A stretch of DNA of 63,085 bases, the filler included, from Trichosphaerium sp. ATCC 40318 (lineage: Eukaryota > Protista > Tubulinea): NCBI GenBank assembly GCA_038496445.1. It is 3 parts of 3 records of this genome, joined end to end, with 100 filler letters (N's around TTAATTAATTAA, not from the genome) between each part and the next. Parts side by side here need not be neighbours in the genome. Positions count along the whole stretch, not along the records: positions 51,582 to 63,085 come from JALMLS010000058.1; 2 more parts are not named here. One strand, written 5' to 3'. The position numbers and the translations under genes were made by a program. Below the pieces are notes generated by a model. It made no database searches, was not told the DNA's origin, and worked only from the letters and a program-made list of their open reading frames with translations. Within the stretch, counting starts at the first letter, position 1. Every line of letters starts with the position of its first letter. Below, piece by piece: positions 61,981 to 63,085 of this stretch.

Positions 61981-63085
61981 TTTTAAAAGGTTGGCATTAA
62001 CATTGCGTTCACAAAGCAAGATTTTTGAGCAATGTTAACAGGACAATAAATGTTTCATTGTTCAAAGCGTAGTATAAAGACACACCAAGTAAACAGCAGA
62101 TGTTCTACATGTTTTAATAGTATTCTTTGGAACTATGCTTGTTCTTCGTGAAAGTGCTTATCCAACTGAACATATTGCGTATTATTAAAGTTACACATAG
62201 ACTTTTGTCTAACGGAAGGGCGTGCGTTTGAGTTTAAAAAAATACAGAAAACGGAACGGTCACATTTTTTTAGAACAAGAGGCAGCGTGCTAGCGCCTAC
62301 TTTATTACATATAGGGGTTTACATGGAAGACGACTTACAGATTGACATGCGTGTACAGAAAGTTACAGGAGGACATCATGTCATGGAACAGAACCAATCG
62401 TACAGATGAAAATAAACAATTTCTATTCTTTTGCACATTTTTTTAACCAACCTTGTCGTCCGGCATATGCGTATGTTCTATTAATGGTCAGCAATTTGAT
62501 TATGGTTCTGAGGTTAACGTTTTCATGGACAATTTGTTGCTATCCGTTTGATTACTGTATTGCTCAGGTGCATATAGAAATGGTCCAGCCCAGCTAAAAA
62601 GAAATGTTCCTCATAGCAAAGCTATCTACACTTGTGGAAACATATTCATTGCGCACGTGATTATACGAAAAGGAAAAAAAAAAAAAAAAAAAAAAAATTA
62701 TTTCAAAAATCTGACCTTGCTATCTTCATTGACATCTAGTTTCATTACCTGCTAATAATGTTTGAGTTACAAGCATGTTCAGTGGCCGTAATGTAGAAAT
62801 AGTGAGGTGTTCCTTTAGGAAGTTAGTTTATTGCTAAAAGCGGTGAGAAAGGTAAATCGAGTTAGTGTAGTTGATTTTAGCGTGTAAAAGCAGAATAGAA
62901 TTAAATCAGATTACCAATGAAATACAAAGAAACACATGTGACTAAAAGTATTTTAGTATGTCAAACAGAGTTATAGCATTAAACTGTGTTGCAGGAGTGC
63001 TTGGGCCCGTCATGTATGGTAAATTGGAGAGTGTGAGATAACTAGGTGTAAAAATAAAAGATATGCTGAAGAGAAGCGCATTCAC

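Overview
This window is not one locus. It is three contigs joined by 100-bp artificial spacers (44 N + TTAATTAATTAA + 44 N) at 30304-30403 and 51482-51581. (1) 1-30303 is AT-rich, intron-rich microbial eukaryote DNA. Bases 1-18180 form a fold-back: arms 1-7802 and 10416-18180, plus a third copy of 1.3 kb at 7812-9106. It carries a spliced phosphoserine phosphatase built from two tandem ACT+HAD units, the first apparently catalytically dead. Downstream are an RCC1-repeat(+SAM-like) gene, a disrupted class C GPCR, MORN-variant and LRR remnants, and an uncharacterised gene with a PDADDT motif. (2) 30404-51481 is a ~13.0-kb mobilisable plasmid, probably alphaproteobacterial, read ~1.6 times (repeat offset 12,997 bp). 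It has Rep_3 + iterons, ParA + small partner, MOB_P relaxase/MobC/oriT, a VirD4-like coupling protein, DUF3768, a serine resolvase, a Zn-finger/TM-Ig gene pair, a Pycsar-type TM effector + cyclase, and HigBA. (3) 51582-63085 is eukaryotic DNA with a head-to-head pair of probably mitochondrion-targeted genes (a PPR protein and a large unknown protein). The best leads are: a Frpo-like single-stranded-DNA promoter hairpin driving DUF3768 in the predicted leading region; an atypical Pycsar cyclase with an adjacent uncharacterised two-gene candidate defence module; and the pseudo-enzyme/enzyme tandem SerB. All assignments come from reading motifs by eye; no searches were run. The eukaryotic contigs show many indels, so pseudogene calls are tentative.
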